A DNA stretch of 25,668 nucleotides from Nitrosomonas europaea (GCF_900167395.1 NZ_FUWK01000038.1:1-25668), one strand, 5' to 3'; positions 1 to 11,466 are shown, counted from the stretch's first letter. Notes: a model not told the origin generated them from the letters alone. A program made the numbers and translations.

Positions 1-1543
1 ATCGGTCAACCCAGACAGATGACAGTGGTTCGTTTCCGAAAGATGCTCCCCAGTCTGGCTCCGGTAAATTCTTGAGTTCATCCAGTGAAAGGCTTGTGCC
101 AGATCGGGAAACAGGGCCGTTACCACGCACAAAGTAATCATAAAGAGTAGAAGAATAGCCAAGCGTCAATTTGTGGTCGACAGCAAAGGTTGAGAAGCGA
201 GTATCCAGGTAAATATATCCTCCATAATTTTCATGCTTTTCCCAAGGTGAGTTTGATATTCTGACGGGAATAAAGGTCCTGTCCACCTGCTGATTTAAAG
301 ATATTTGATTGACTCTCATCCGGGTATCCTGATAGAAAAAAGCACTTCTGAGGGTGAAATACTTACTCGGATCCCAGCGCAGGCTGGTATAGGCTTTATG
401 GCTTTCTATATCATTGGATGTCCATTTGGGAGAGTAGCGTTTACTGGTATCGATAGAGACTCTTTCTACCATATCAAACCAAGGTTGTGTCGCTTCTTTG
501 CTGTAGTCGTTATAGGTATATTTGATATCAGCATAGAGGGTATCAGTGAGATGTCCATCCAGCACAATGTTGGCAACTTTCTGGTTGACCGGCTCACCGA
601 TGGCAGTATCCCCTCCCTGATAGAGCAGATTAGCCCGATAACCGAAACGGCCTCGCTCATCGAATTTCCCGCCGATATCAGCATGGCCATAAAACTGGGT
701 TCCACCGTAATTACCGAATGTTAGTCTCCTGAGTGGGATATTGGTAGAATTTTTGGTGACATAATTTACGGCTCCACCCACTCTGCCACCACCATAGAGA
801 AAGCCTGAGGTCCCGCTGAGAATTTCAACTCGATCGATTTCGATGACAGATACGGCGGAGCCGTTCCCAAGAGCAAGGGGTATGCCATCATAAATAGGAT
901 TAAGTGTTTGAAAACCCCGTATGACGACGAAAGGTACACCGGTGAAGTTTTGGATGACCGGTTCCTGGGTCAAGGGGTTCATTTTGAAGATCTGGCCCAT
1001 GTTCTGGGCATTGACGTTTTCGATCAGATCGGAAGGGACGACACTCATCGAATAGGGTGTGTCTCGCAGGCTACGTTCGCCCCAGAGACCAATCCCACTG
1101 ATATTACTGACCCGATAGCCTTCTTCCGCTGTACCTTGTTTCAGGGAATCGGCACGCACAAGCATTTCAGGCAATTGCTGCGTACCTGCTGCTGCAGTTG
1201 TTTTGATCATGACAGTCGAACCATCCATCGTTGCCACCAGCCCACTTCCCGCCAATAAACGATCCAGTGCCTGACGAGGTGTCATATTGCCTGATAGGGC
1301 AGGCGCAGTTTTGCCGGTAACCAGGGCGGGTTGTACGATCAGCTCAAGTCGTGTTTGCTGAGCCCACTCGTTGAGTGCCTGCGCCAGAGACTGGCTGGGG
1401 ATATTGATAGATACCTGCATAGCCCATACGGGGGAAAGCGCAGATTGGCTCCATGCAATTGGAGTTATTCCTGTCATCAGCAGTACGGCCAATGCCAATG
1501 GGATCGAGCGCGAAAACAAATACCACAGTACTTTATGCAACAT
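1..1543 (-). CDS. TonB-dependent siderophore receptor/transducer with N-terminal STN signalling domain (FecA/FpvA-like); the C-terminus lies beyond the window start
   Basis: My own minus-strand translation from ATG at 1543 (GGAG-type RBS about 10 nt upstream) stays open to position 1. It is absent from the ORF track because it is edge-truncated. The N-terminus MLHKVLWYLFSRSIPLALAVLLMTGITPIAWSQS looks like a signal peptide. VSINIPSQSLAQALNEWAQQTRLELIVQP...LSGNMTPRQALDRLLAGSGL is an STN/signalling domain. Plug motifs are VVIRGF, IYDGIPL and IDRVEILSGTSGFLYGGGRVGGAVNYVTK. The gene lies directly downstream of fecI/fecR-like genes. Confidence 0.88.
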   Translation of the reverse strand, partial: MLHKVLWYLFSRSIPLALAVLLMTGITPIAWSQSALSPVWAMQVSINIPSQSLAQALNEWAQQTRLELIVQPALVTGKTAPALSGNMTPRQALDRLLAGSGLVATMDGSTVMIKTTAAAGTQQLPEMLVRADSLKQGTAEEGYRVSNISGIGLWGERSLRDTPYSMSVVPSDLIENVNAQNMGQIFKMNPLTQEPVIQNFTGVPFVVIRGFQTLNPIYDGIPLALGNGSAVSVIEIDRVEILSGTSGFLYGGGRVGGAVNYVTKNSTNIPLRRLTFGNYGGTQFYGHADIGGKFDERGRFGYRANLLYQGGDTAIGEPVNQKVANIVLDGHLTDTLYADIKYTYNDYSKEATQPWFDMVERVSIDTSKRYSPKWTSNDIESHKAYTSLRWDPSKYFTLRSAFFYQDTRMRVNQISLNQQVDRTFIPVRISNSPWEKHENYGGYIYLDTRFSTFAVDHKLTLGYSSTLYDYFVRGNGPVSRSGTSLSLDELKNLPEPDWGASFGNEPLSSVWVDR

Positions 1544-1568
1544 TTTGATTTTTCTCCCTGAGATATGA

Positions 1569-1585
1569 ATGAGAATATTTCTCAT
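1569..1585. promoter_or_regulatory. Perfect 17-bp palindrome ATGAGAA-TAT-TTCTCAT, Fur-box-like, 26-42 nt upstream of the receptor start codon
   Basis: The palindrome was read directly. The core TGAGAATATTTCTCA resembles the 7-1-7 Fur consensus TGATAATnATTATCA with 3 mismatches. The position is appropriate for an operator in front of an iron-uptake receptor gene. Confidence 0.35.
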
Positions 1586-1649
1586 CAGGAGAAGACGCAC
1601 AACGAGCACGAAACCCTAGCTCTCAGGAAAAAAATATTGCAACGATTTG

Positions 1650-2063
1650 TTATTGCGAGGAAATGATTTCTGTCATACCCGCGTTCTCGTGTAATCGAAC
1701 GGGCAAGATCTGCGGTAATACTCGCGCGAAATTATCCAGATACCGTGGGTTGAAAGTTCCTGTCAAGCGCAAAGCTGCCACGGCCGGATCGCGAATCAGG
1801 AAACGGGAAGGCCCATAACGCTCGAACTCGGCAAGCACATGAGCAAGTGGTATGTCATGGAAGCTGACGCGGCCTTCCCGCCAGGGCGCGATACCAGCCA
1901 CTGATACTGCGCCAACCGGTCCCAATACACCTTCTGCACTGGCTGTCACTTGCTGACCTGCAGTGAGCTCGACCGCATAGCTATCCTTCGATACGACATG
2001 AGACGATTCAGCTGCTTTGCCCTTGATTGCGACGTTTTCAGGGGTTCGATACGAGGAACTGCA
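1650..2063 (-). pseudogene. fecR: FecR-family anti-sigma factor, C-terminal fragment (frame open from 2063; the track lists 1650-1949)
   Basis: The translation ...VAIKGKAAESSHVVSKDSYAVELTAGQQVTASAEGVLGPVGAVSVAGIAPWREGRVSFHDIPLAHVLAEFERYGPSRFLIRDPAVAALRLTGTFNPRYLDNFARVLPQILPVRLHENAGMTEII matches the conserved FecR C-terminal region (W..G.l.F.d.PL..V..E..RY). It has no start context of its own. Its frame is offset from the upstream fragment. Confidence 0.8.
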
Positions 2064-2836
2064 TCAGCATGAGACGATTCAGCTGCTTTGCCCTTGATTG
2101 CGACATTATGCAAAGCCACTCTGACTCGACCTTCCTCAACCGCCACTCGCACATCTTCTGCACCTGGCACATTCGGTGTATAGCGTACGGAAAAACTTGT
2201 CCCCACGACAGTAATGCGCAGAGGCCCGGCCAATACATCGAACGGGCGCTCGGAGTCGCTGCTGACCTGAAAAACGATATTGCCTTCCGGTAAGCGCACT
2301 TCACGCCGCTGCCGAAAATAGGTTATGTCAGCAGATGTCGCCGTATCGAGCCGCAACTGGCTGCCATCAGGCAATGTCGCGCTGATCTGCTGACCGCGCA
2401 AGGTATTCAGGCTCTGTATGAAAACGGGCTGTTGCTGCCAGTAGTCCCATCCCTGCCAACCTGCCAGGCTGATCATAAACACCGCAGTGACCATGGCTAT
2501 TTTAGGCATCCAGTTCCAGCGAGTGTCATGTCTGCCTATAGCAGAACCGACCGAACGCTCGACGTGCACTTTCTCCATGGCTCGTTTGTCGTCAGCGAGG
2601 TTTTTGCGCAGGATATCAAGCCCATCTGCCGGTAAATCATCCAAAACATCCCATTCTGCCTGCCAGCGGGCGAATGCTGTTCTCCGGGCGGGATCACCTG
2701 CGAGCCACGTTTGAAAGCGCTCTTCTTCCTCAGTACTGAGTCCCGAGTGGCGGCATACCAGCCAGCTCAGTGCTTCACGATCGAGATGATCATCCGGTGA
2801 ATCTGATATATTCGAGGGAATGGATTCGTTGTTCAT
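1946..2836 (-). pseudogene. fecR: FecR-family anti-sigma factor, N-terminal fragment (cytoplasmic anti-sigma domain, TM helix, periplasmic FecR domain), prematurely terminated after a frameshifting insertion
   Basis: The 296-aa ORF carries EALSWLVCRHSG...FQTWLAGDPARRTAFARWQAEWD (anti-sigma N-domain), the TM segment IAMVTAVFMISLAGW, and LPDGSQLRLDTATSADITY...VFQVSSDSERPFDVLAGPLRITVVGTSFSV (FecR domain). The last ~30 residues (SQSRAKQLNRLMSYRRIAMRSSSLQVSK) are out-of-frame junk produced by the insertion. Confidence 0.85.
1987..2104. repeat. Imperfect local duplication: an exact 37-bp direct repeat (1997-2033 and 2068-2104, offset 71 bp) plus a 10-bp repeat ttcgatacga (1987-1996 and 2045-2054)
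   Basis: Base-by-base comparison shows catgagacgattcagctgctttgcccttgattgcgac twice. Of the 71 extra nt, 47 copy adjacent sequence and 24 are filler (gttttcagggg and ggaactgcatcag). Confidence 0.95.
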
Positions 2837-2935
2837 AGCATGACTTCGGACCTACTGCCATAGATGCTGTAACGGGCTGTCACCCAAGCCAGCAGACAAG
2901 CAGATTCTTCCTGTCGATATCAATACTGGTTTTAA

Positions 2936-3467
2936 TCACACCCGTTTTTTCTGCGTTGCAAGACAGGAGCCAGAGGTATCAGTATCTCCTTCCATTTGCA
3001 TGCGACAACGTCGGATCACCTGCATGGCATGCTGGATATGCTGCTCAACCGCCTTACGCGAAATTCCCATATGTTCTGCTACTTCGGAATGGCTGAGTCC
3101 ATCGAAACGATGCAGGATGAAAGCTTCACGACAACGCAATGGCAATGCATCGATAGTAGTCAGTACCGCTTGTAAAACCTGGGATGATGCAACCAGTGCA
3201 TCCGGTTCACAGGCACGTTGTGCAGGAAAATTTTCCAGTGAGTGATTATCTGTGGTCCAGCCTTGTACCTGGCCACGGCGATAACGGTCGATGACCAGAT
3301 TACGCGCAATACGATAGAGTAAAGCGCGTGATTCGGTTATATGCTGCCCGGCCTGCTGGAGAGCCAGTAAGCGCGTATGCTTCCTGCACGATGTCGGCAG
3401 CAGCATCATAATCCTGCATTACCCGTGCAAAGTATTTCAGTAGCTCATGATAGTAATGGGCCGCCAT
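2936..3467 (-). pseudogene. fecI: ECF sigma-70 factor, FecI-like, frameshifted near 3371-3375
   Basis: The track ORF 2936-3409 carries regions 2.x-4 (LLYRIARNLVIDRYRR ... LPLRCREAFILHRFDGLSHSEVAEHMGISRKAVEQHIQHAM). The expected N-terminus, including the region-2 motif, is in another frame starting at ATG 3467: MAAHYYHELLKYFARVMQDYDAAADIVQEAYA. The frames switch at gene-sense GAAGCATACGCGCTTACTG. The total span is 532 nt, which is not a multiple of 3. Confidence 0.8.
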
Positions 3468-3634
3468 GGGTACCTTTTCCGTATTGTTGTTTTCCTGGAG
3501 AAACCGATTCCTTGCCAGAACCTGTTCAATATCCGGTATGGTTGGCTATGCAGGAGCAATGGCTGGCACGCGTCTGATTCAAGACAAATGTATTACAAAA
3601 CAGTCAATTTTGTGGGGTATGGTCAGGCCGAGAA

Positions 3635-3652
3635 TACCGTTTATTAACGGTA
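3635..3652 (-). terminator. Hairpin TACCGTT-TATT-AACGGTA (7-bp stem, 4-nt loop) downstream of the eno-ftsB-small protein unit; weak terminator candidate
   Basis: The inverted repeat was read directly. On the minus strand it is followed by TTCTC, which is only a poor U-tract. Confidence 0.25.
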
Positions 3653-3670
3653 CGTACGCTGACATAAATT

Positions 3671-3686
3671 TGATAGACGATTATCA
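3671..3686. promoter_or_regulatory. Fur-box-like inverted repeat TGATAGACGATTATCA, about 200 nt upstream of the fecI start
   Basis: The TGATA...TATCA arms and the GATTATCA half match the Fur consensus half ATTATCA. It lies in the only intergenic space upstream of the ECF sigma gene. Confidence 0.25.
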
Positions 3687-3708
3687 ACCAGGAATCCTGG
3701 AGCAGGTC

Positions 3709-3951
3709 TCATTTATCGTCGGGCTGGGATTGTGAATATAACTGCCGGTGCTTCGTGCAACAGAAGTATCGGCCATGTTCAACGATGCTTTCACTTTTTG
3801 GTAAATGCACATCACAATAGGCGCAACGAACCATATCCTCGATTACTTTCCGGGTGGTATCAGGTGGCTTTCTCTGTATTTGCCGGAATTGCTTAAAAAA
3901 CCAAAAAATCAGGAAAACCAGCGTGATCAGTAGTATCCACTTGATTACCAT
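3709..3951 (-). CDS. Small membrane-anchored Cys-rich (zinc-ribbon/TRASH-like) protein; from memory it resembles the PP0621-type family
   Basis: This is an 80-aa ORF. It has an N-terminal TM helix (WILLITLVFLIFWFF) followed by RCAYCDVHLPKSESIVEHGRYFCCTKH (C-x2-C ... C-C-x2-H). It is co-oriented with ftsB, 71 nt downstream of it. Confidence 0.6.
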   Translation of the reverse strand: MVIKWILLITLVFLIFWFFKQFRQIQRKPPDTTRKVIEDMVRCAYCDVHLPKSESIVEHGRYFCCTKHRQLYSQSQPDDK

Positions 3952-4022
3952 ATCCCTCCGCTTGCTGCATTTACCCGGAAAGAATCTGCGAAATGCGTCA
4001 TATCATGACACACAGCGCAGTG

Positions 4023-5602
<1,580 letters not shown>

Positions 5603-5852
5603 TTATTGGGGGTGATGGAAAAAAACTGTAAAACCTGCTGACTGACCGTACCGCTGCTCTATGATCACTTCACTTATCAGATACTTTTATTATGTACGCT
5701 TCACAGTTATCGAAAATTTCACAAAATAGCGAAATAACTGTGTTTATTTAACTCATCCTGCTTTTACCAGAGATGGGCTGTCTCATTCGATCGAGGAATA
5801 AAGCTGATCGGTTGATACTGACCCTCTGCCAGAAACGATATAGTTCACCTAA

Positions 5853-5992
5853 GAAACCTCTGAAAAACTACCTGCGTTGCCATTTCTGCGTTAAAAATAG
5901 GCTTAAAATGCTCATTTATTACGTATAAACTCCGCTTTTTCGCAGATTTTTGCCTTGAACTGACTGCCTCGTCGACATCTTTCAGAGGTTTC
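5853..5992. mobile_element. MITE-like 140-bp element: perfect 13-bp terminal inverted repeats GAAACCTCTGAAA / TTTCAGAGGTTTC flanked by a direct CTAA on both sides
   Basis: The inverted repeats are at 5853-5865 and 5980-5992. CTAA occurs at 5849-5852 and 5993-5996 and may be a 4-bp target-site duplication. There is no credible ORF inside. It lies in the long pyrG-eno spacer. Confidence 0.3.
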
Positions 5993-6027
5993 CTAAACAT
6001 CTGCATAAAAACCATTCCTTTCGACAA

Positions 6028-7728
<1,701 letters not shown>

Positions 7729-7905
7729 CTATATTAACGTAATTGATATATCGAAACAATGTAGACATCGGCGTACTGGCAAAGAATGATCGCTTGGTGG
7801 CAGGTCAAGTTGTCTGCCGGCATAGAACGGATTAAACTAGAAAAATGGAGTGACTGTTGGGTTATCCACCCATCGATAAACTTACCCGGTCTGATTGGTT
7901 ATTTT

Positions 7906-8298
7906 ATGGAAGCGCGGTATCCGGCGAAACGACGCCCTAAATATCTGAATCTGCTGAAAATCAGGCAACCTCTCCCTGCTATCGTTTCCATCCTGCATCG
8001 CATCAGCGGTGTACTGCTTTTTCTTCCAGGAATCCCGTTATTCCTCTACGGGCTGCAAATGCTGCTGCAATCCCCTGAAACCTTCGCCAGCCTGCAGTCC
8101 AATCTGGCCCATCCGTTATGTAAACTGTTTTTGCTGCTGGCAACGTGGTTTTTTATACATCATCTGCTTGCCGGTATCCGTCATTTAATGCTCGACCTGC
8201 ATTACGGCATGCAATTGGAGCAGGCTCGTCTGAGCAGCAAACTGGTACTGGTTTTCGGCGCAATTTTAACAGCACTGACAGGAATATGGTTATGGTAA
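7906..8298 (+). CDS. sdhC: Succinate dehydrogenase cytochrome b556 subunit
   Basis: From ATG 7906 the product reads MEARYPAKRRPKYLNLLKIRQPLPAIVSILHRISGV...HHLLAGIRHLMLD. This aligns by eye with E. coli SdhC (ITAIASILHRVSGV, GIRHMMMD). The track ORF start at 7786 is an upstream open-frame extension. Confidence 0.85.
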   Translation: MEARYPAKRRPKYLNLLKIRQPLPAIVSILHRISGVLLFLPGIPLFLYGLQMLLQSPETFASLQSNLAHPLCKLFLLLATWFFIHHLLAGIRHLMLDLHYGMQLEQARLSSKLVLVFGAILTALTGIWLW

Positions 8299-8645
8299 AA
8301 CCGGTTCATCGTGTCGTAACCGGAGCGCATTACGGTCTGAAAGACTGGTTGGTGCAGCGTATCACTGCTGTTCTGATGGCAGCCTATACCGGGTTGCTGA
8401 TCATACTCATAACAGTTTATCAACCGGAAAGCCATGAAGAGTTCAAAGCATTATTCTCCATTCAGTGGATGAAAATTGCTTCGTTACTTTTTTTTGCCGG
8501 CTTATGTTGGCACGCTTGGGTAGGTGTACGTAATGTCCTGATGGATTATGTCCATCCGATGCCTGTCCGCCTGACACTGCAAATAACATGTATCGTTGCA
8601 TTACTGGGTTACCTGATATGGTTCCTGGATATTCTGTGGGGCTGA
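8286..8645 (+). CDS. sdhD: Succinate dehydrogenase hydrophobic membrane anchor subunit
   Basis: ATG 8286 overlaps the end of sdhC. The product [29 protein letters not shown]...[14 protein letters not shown] matches SdhD (HAWIGMWQVLTDYV). An alternative start is at 8292. Confidence 0.8.
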   Translation: MVMVKPVHRVVTGAHYGLKDWLVQRITAVLMAAYTGLLIILITVYQPESHEEFKALFSIQWMKIASLLFFAGLCWHAWVGVRNVLMDYVHPMPVRLTLQITCIVALLGYLIWFLDILWG

Positions 8646-8646
8646 C

Positions 8647-10410
8647 GTGAAAGTTAAGCAAAGGAAATTTGATGTAGTCATCGTCGGTGCAGGCGGGGCA
8701 GGTATGCGTGCTGCACTGCAGTTGTCCGAAGCCGGGTTCAAGGTTGCCGTTCTATCCAAAGTATTTCCCACCCGCTCACATACCGTAGCGGCACAGGGAG
8801 GGATTGCAGCCTCGCTGGGTAATGTAACCGAAGATGACTGGCGCTGGCATATGTATGATACCGTCAAGGGTTCGGACTACCTTGGCGATCAGGATGCAAT
8901 CGAATTCATGTGCCGCCATGCTGCTGAAGTCGTGTATGAACTGGAGCATTTCGGCATGCCATTCGACCGGCTGGAAAACGGCAAGATTTATCAACGTCCG
9001 TTTGGCGGGCAATCCCTGAATTTTGGCGGAGAGCAGGCCAGTCGTTCCTGCGCTGTCGCCGATCGTACCGGCCATGCGATGCTGCATACCCTGTATCAGC
9101 GTAATGTCAGTGCCAATACCCAGTTTTTTGTGGAATGGCTGGGACTCGACCTGATTCGTGATCATGAAGGTGAAGTACTGGGGATCACCGCCCTGGAAAT
9201 GGAAACCGGTGAAATCATGATTCTGCAGGCGCGTGCAACACTATTGGCAACAGGCGGTGCCGGTCGTATTTTTGAAGCGAGTACCAACGCTTTCATCAAT
9301 ACGGGCGATGGCCTGGGTATGGTTGCGCGTGCAGGTATTCCGCTGGAAGACATGGAATTCTGGCAGTTTCATCCGACAGGCGTGTATGGTGCTGGCATAC
9401 TCATCAGCGAAGCAGTGCGGGGAGAAGGAGGTTATCTGGTAAATGCTGAAGGCGAACGTTTCATGGAACGTTATGCACCCCATGCCAGAGATCTCGCCAG
9501 CCGTGATGTCGTCTCCCGTGCCTTGATCACGGAGATCAGGCAAGGGCGGGGATGCGGACCGAAAGAAGATCACCTGCTGCTGAAGCTGGATCATCTGAGT
9601 GCAGAAACGATTACGTCGAAACTGCCCGGCATCCGGGAAATCGCGCTCAAGTTTGCGCATGTCGATCCCCTCGTAGATCCCATTCCGGTTGTCCCGACTG
9701 CCCATTACATGATGGGTGGCATTCCTGCCAATTATCACGGGCAGGTGGTCGCGCCTTATAAGACCAGTCCTGATGAAGTCGTACCGGGGCTTTACGCCGT
9801 TGGAGAATGCGCCTGTGTCTCTGTGCATGGCGCCAATCGCCTTGGCACAAATTCACTGCTGGATATCGTCGTATTCGGACGTGCTGCCGGTAACCAGATC
9901 ATCAAGGATCTGACCAGAAACAATCACCACAAACCACTGCCACCGGATGCAGCCGAACAGACGCTGACACGGCTTGACCGCCTGGAAACCCAGAAGGATG
10001 GAGAAAATGTTGCTGCAACCAGCGAAGCTTTACGTAAAACCATGCAGACACATTGCGGCGTCTTCCGCTTTCCGGATGTGCTGAAAGAAGGGGTGGAAAA
10101 AATTGGCGAAGTTGCTGAACGGGTCAGGCATACTGAAATTTGCGACAAAAGCAGAGTATTCAACACCGCTAGAGTCGAAGCGCTGGAACTGGACAATCTG
10201 ATTGAAGTGGCAATCGCCACCATGATTGCAGCAGAAGCACGCCATGAAAGCCGGGGGGCACATACTCGCGACGATTTTCCCGAACGGGACGATCAGAAAT
10301 GGCTCAGGCATTCCCTGTTTTTCAGCAAAGACCAGCGCCTGGATTACAAGCCCGTACGTCTGAAACCACTGACCGTGGAATCATTCCCTCCCAAAGCGAG
10401 AACCTATTGA
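8647..10410 (+). CDS. sdhA: Succinate dehydrogenase flavoprotein subunit
   Basis: The 587-aa ORF has a GTG start. It contains [17 protein letters not shown] (FAD fold), [10 protein letters not shown] (covalent FAD His), HPTG and HGANRLG. Confidence 0.97.
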   Translation: MKVKQRKFDVVIVGAGGAGMRAALQLSEAGFKVAVLSKVFPTRSHTVAAQGGIAASLGNVTEDDWRWHMYDTVKGSDYLGDQDAIEFMCRHAAEVVYELEHFGMPFDRLENGKIYQRPFGGQSLNFGGEQASRSCAVADRTGHAMLHTLYQRNVSANTQFFVEWLGLDLIRDHEGEVLGITALEMETGEIMILQARATLLATGGAGRIFEASTNAFINTGDGLGMVARAGIPLEDMEFWQFHPTGVYGAGILISEAVRGEGGYLVNAEGERFMERYAPHARDLASRDVVSRALITEIRQGRGCGPKEDHLLLKLDHLSAETITSKLPGIREIALKFAHVDPLVDPIPVVPTAHYMMGGIPANYHGQVVAPYKTSPDEVVPGLYAVGECACVSVHGANRLGTNSLLDIVVFGRAAGNQIIKDLTRNNHHKPLPPDAAEQTLTRLDRLETQKDGENVAATSEALRKTMQTHCGVFRFPDVLKEGVEKIGEVAERVRHTEICDKSRVFNTARVEALELDNLIEVAIATMIAAEARHESRGAHTRDDFPERDDQKWLRHSLFFSKDQRLDYKPVRLKPLTVESFPPKARTY

Positions 10411-10491
10411 GCAATCCGGTATCTGGCGCAGCTCTTGGATTTATCCATCGATGAAACGAAACTCTGATTTCTTATAAAACTTTATTTTTAA

Positions 10492-11466
10492 ATGAAACTA
10501 ACGGAAAACATGTCATTCCCTGTCCGATTGAAACAATCCTGCCTGGCAGGTGTTACCGCTTTATTTTTTCTGCTGCAAATCCCGTTCGCTCATGCTGATG
10601 CCGACAAGGATGCAGATTTTCTCAAGGCTGCTTTGACGGGGGATACCTCGGGAGTAGAGAACATGCTGAATGAAGGGATCCAAACGGATCTGCAGTCCCC
10701 TGAAGGTTTTACTGCTTTATCGGTAGCAGCACAAACCGGCCACAAGGAAGTCGTCAAGCTGCTGCTGAATCGAAAAGCTACCGTCGATCTGGCGAATGTC
10801 CAGGGGGGGACGCCTTTGCTGCTGGCCAGTAAAAACGGCCATCAGGAAATTGTCGATTTGCTGCTGGCAAAGGGAGCAAATCCGAACCTGCAGGATAAAA
10901 ATGGACTGGCACCCCTCATGCTAGCTGCGGCTAAAGGTAATACCGGTATAGTCAGGTCATTGCTTGAACATCAGGCCCAGCCGGATCTGCAGAACAATGC
11001 CAAGGCCACAGCCTTACACATGGCAGCAACGAACGACTATGCTGATATCATCGATATGCTGCTGGCAAAAGGTGCCAGCGTCGATCTGCAGGATGCCAAT
11101 GGTGCTTCTGCACTGATTCTGGCATCCCTGTCCGGCCATTTGTCGATCGTCCGGAAATTACTGGCACATGGCGCTCAGCCGGATCTGAAAGCCACCAACG
11201 ATTTTACCGCACTGATTCTGTCAGCACAGAATGGCCAGAATCCGGTTATCGAAGTACTGCTGGAAAAAGGGGTTCACATCGATTTTCAAAACAAGGATGG
11301 GATGACTGCGCTCATGTCAGCAGTATTGAATGAAAATATCGATACAGTCAAATTGCTGCTGGAAAAAGGGGCTGACACCAAGCTCAAAAATACTAGTGGT
11401 AAAACCGCGCTGGATATTGCCAAGCTTCCTGCCATCATTGAATTACTCAAAGCCGCAAAAAGTTGA
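10492..11466 (+). CDS. Secreted/periplasmic ankyrin-repeat protein (about 8-9 tandem 33-residue repeats)
   Basis: A signal peptide is present (...CLAGVTALFFLLQIPFAHA|DA). It is followed by repeats of the form G.T(A/P)L..A...GH.EIV.LLL..GA..DLQ. The true start may be the internal Met MSFPV (10510). Confidence 0.85.
   Translation: MKLTENMSFPVRLKQSCLAGVTALFFLLQIPFAHADADKDADFLKAALTGDTSGVENMLNEGIQTDLQSPEGFTALSVAAQTGHKEVVKLLLNRKATVDLANVQGGTPLLLASKNGHQEIVDLLLAKGANPNLQDKNGLAPLMLAAAKGNTGIVRSLLEHQAQPDLQNNAKATALHMAATNDYADIIDMLLAKGASVDLQDANGASALILASLSGHLSIVRKLLAHGAQPDLKATNDFTALILSAQNGQNPVIEVLLEKGVHIDFQNKDGMTALMSAVLNENIDTVKLLLEKGADTKLKNTSGKTALDIAKLPAIIELLKAAKS

Noticed and set aside
305-1568. Plus-strand track ORFs 305-724, 908-1258, 1331-1561 and 1371-1568, and the minus-strand ORFs 466-705 and 1344-1526
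   Set aside because: All lie inside a single uninterrupted minus-strand frame (1543 to 1) that encodes clear TonB-receptor STN and plug motifs. These are shadow or off-frame ORFs with no recognisable motifs.
2041-2056. GGTTCGATACG resembling a tRNA T-arm (GGTTCGAATCC) within the fecR insertion filler
   Set aside because: No acceptor, D or anticodon arms can be drawn around it. It is part of the 10-bp ttcgatacga local repeat.
5845-6027. 60-aa ORF immediately after the pyrG stop
   Set aside because: It begins with an artificial TTG directly abutting the pyrG stop codon in the same frame. It has no RBS. Its sequence is largely the translation of the inverted-repeat element, which gives FRKPLK and FQRFLR.
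7786-7905. N-terminal extensions of track ORFs (sdhC from 7786, sdhD from 8145, lolD from 19888, the Lol permease from 21137, the PEP-CTERM gene from 22278)
   Set aside because: The internal starts give N-termini that match family consensus or signal-peptide logic, and have an RBS or translational-coupling context. The extensions add non-homologous residues.
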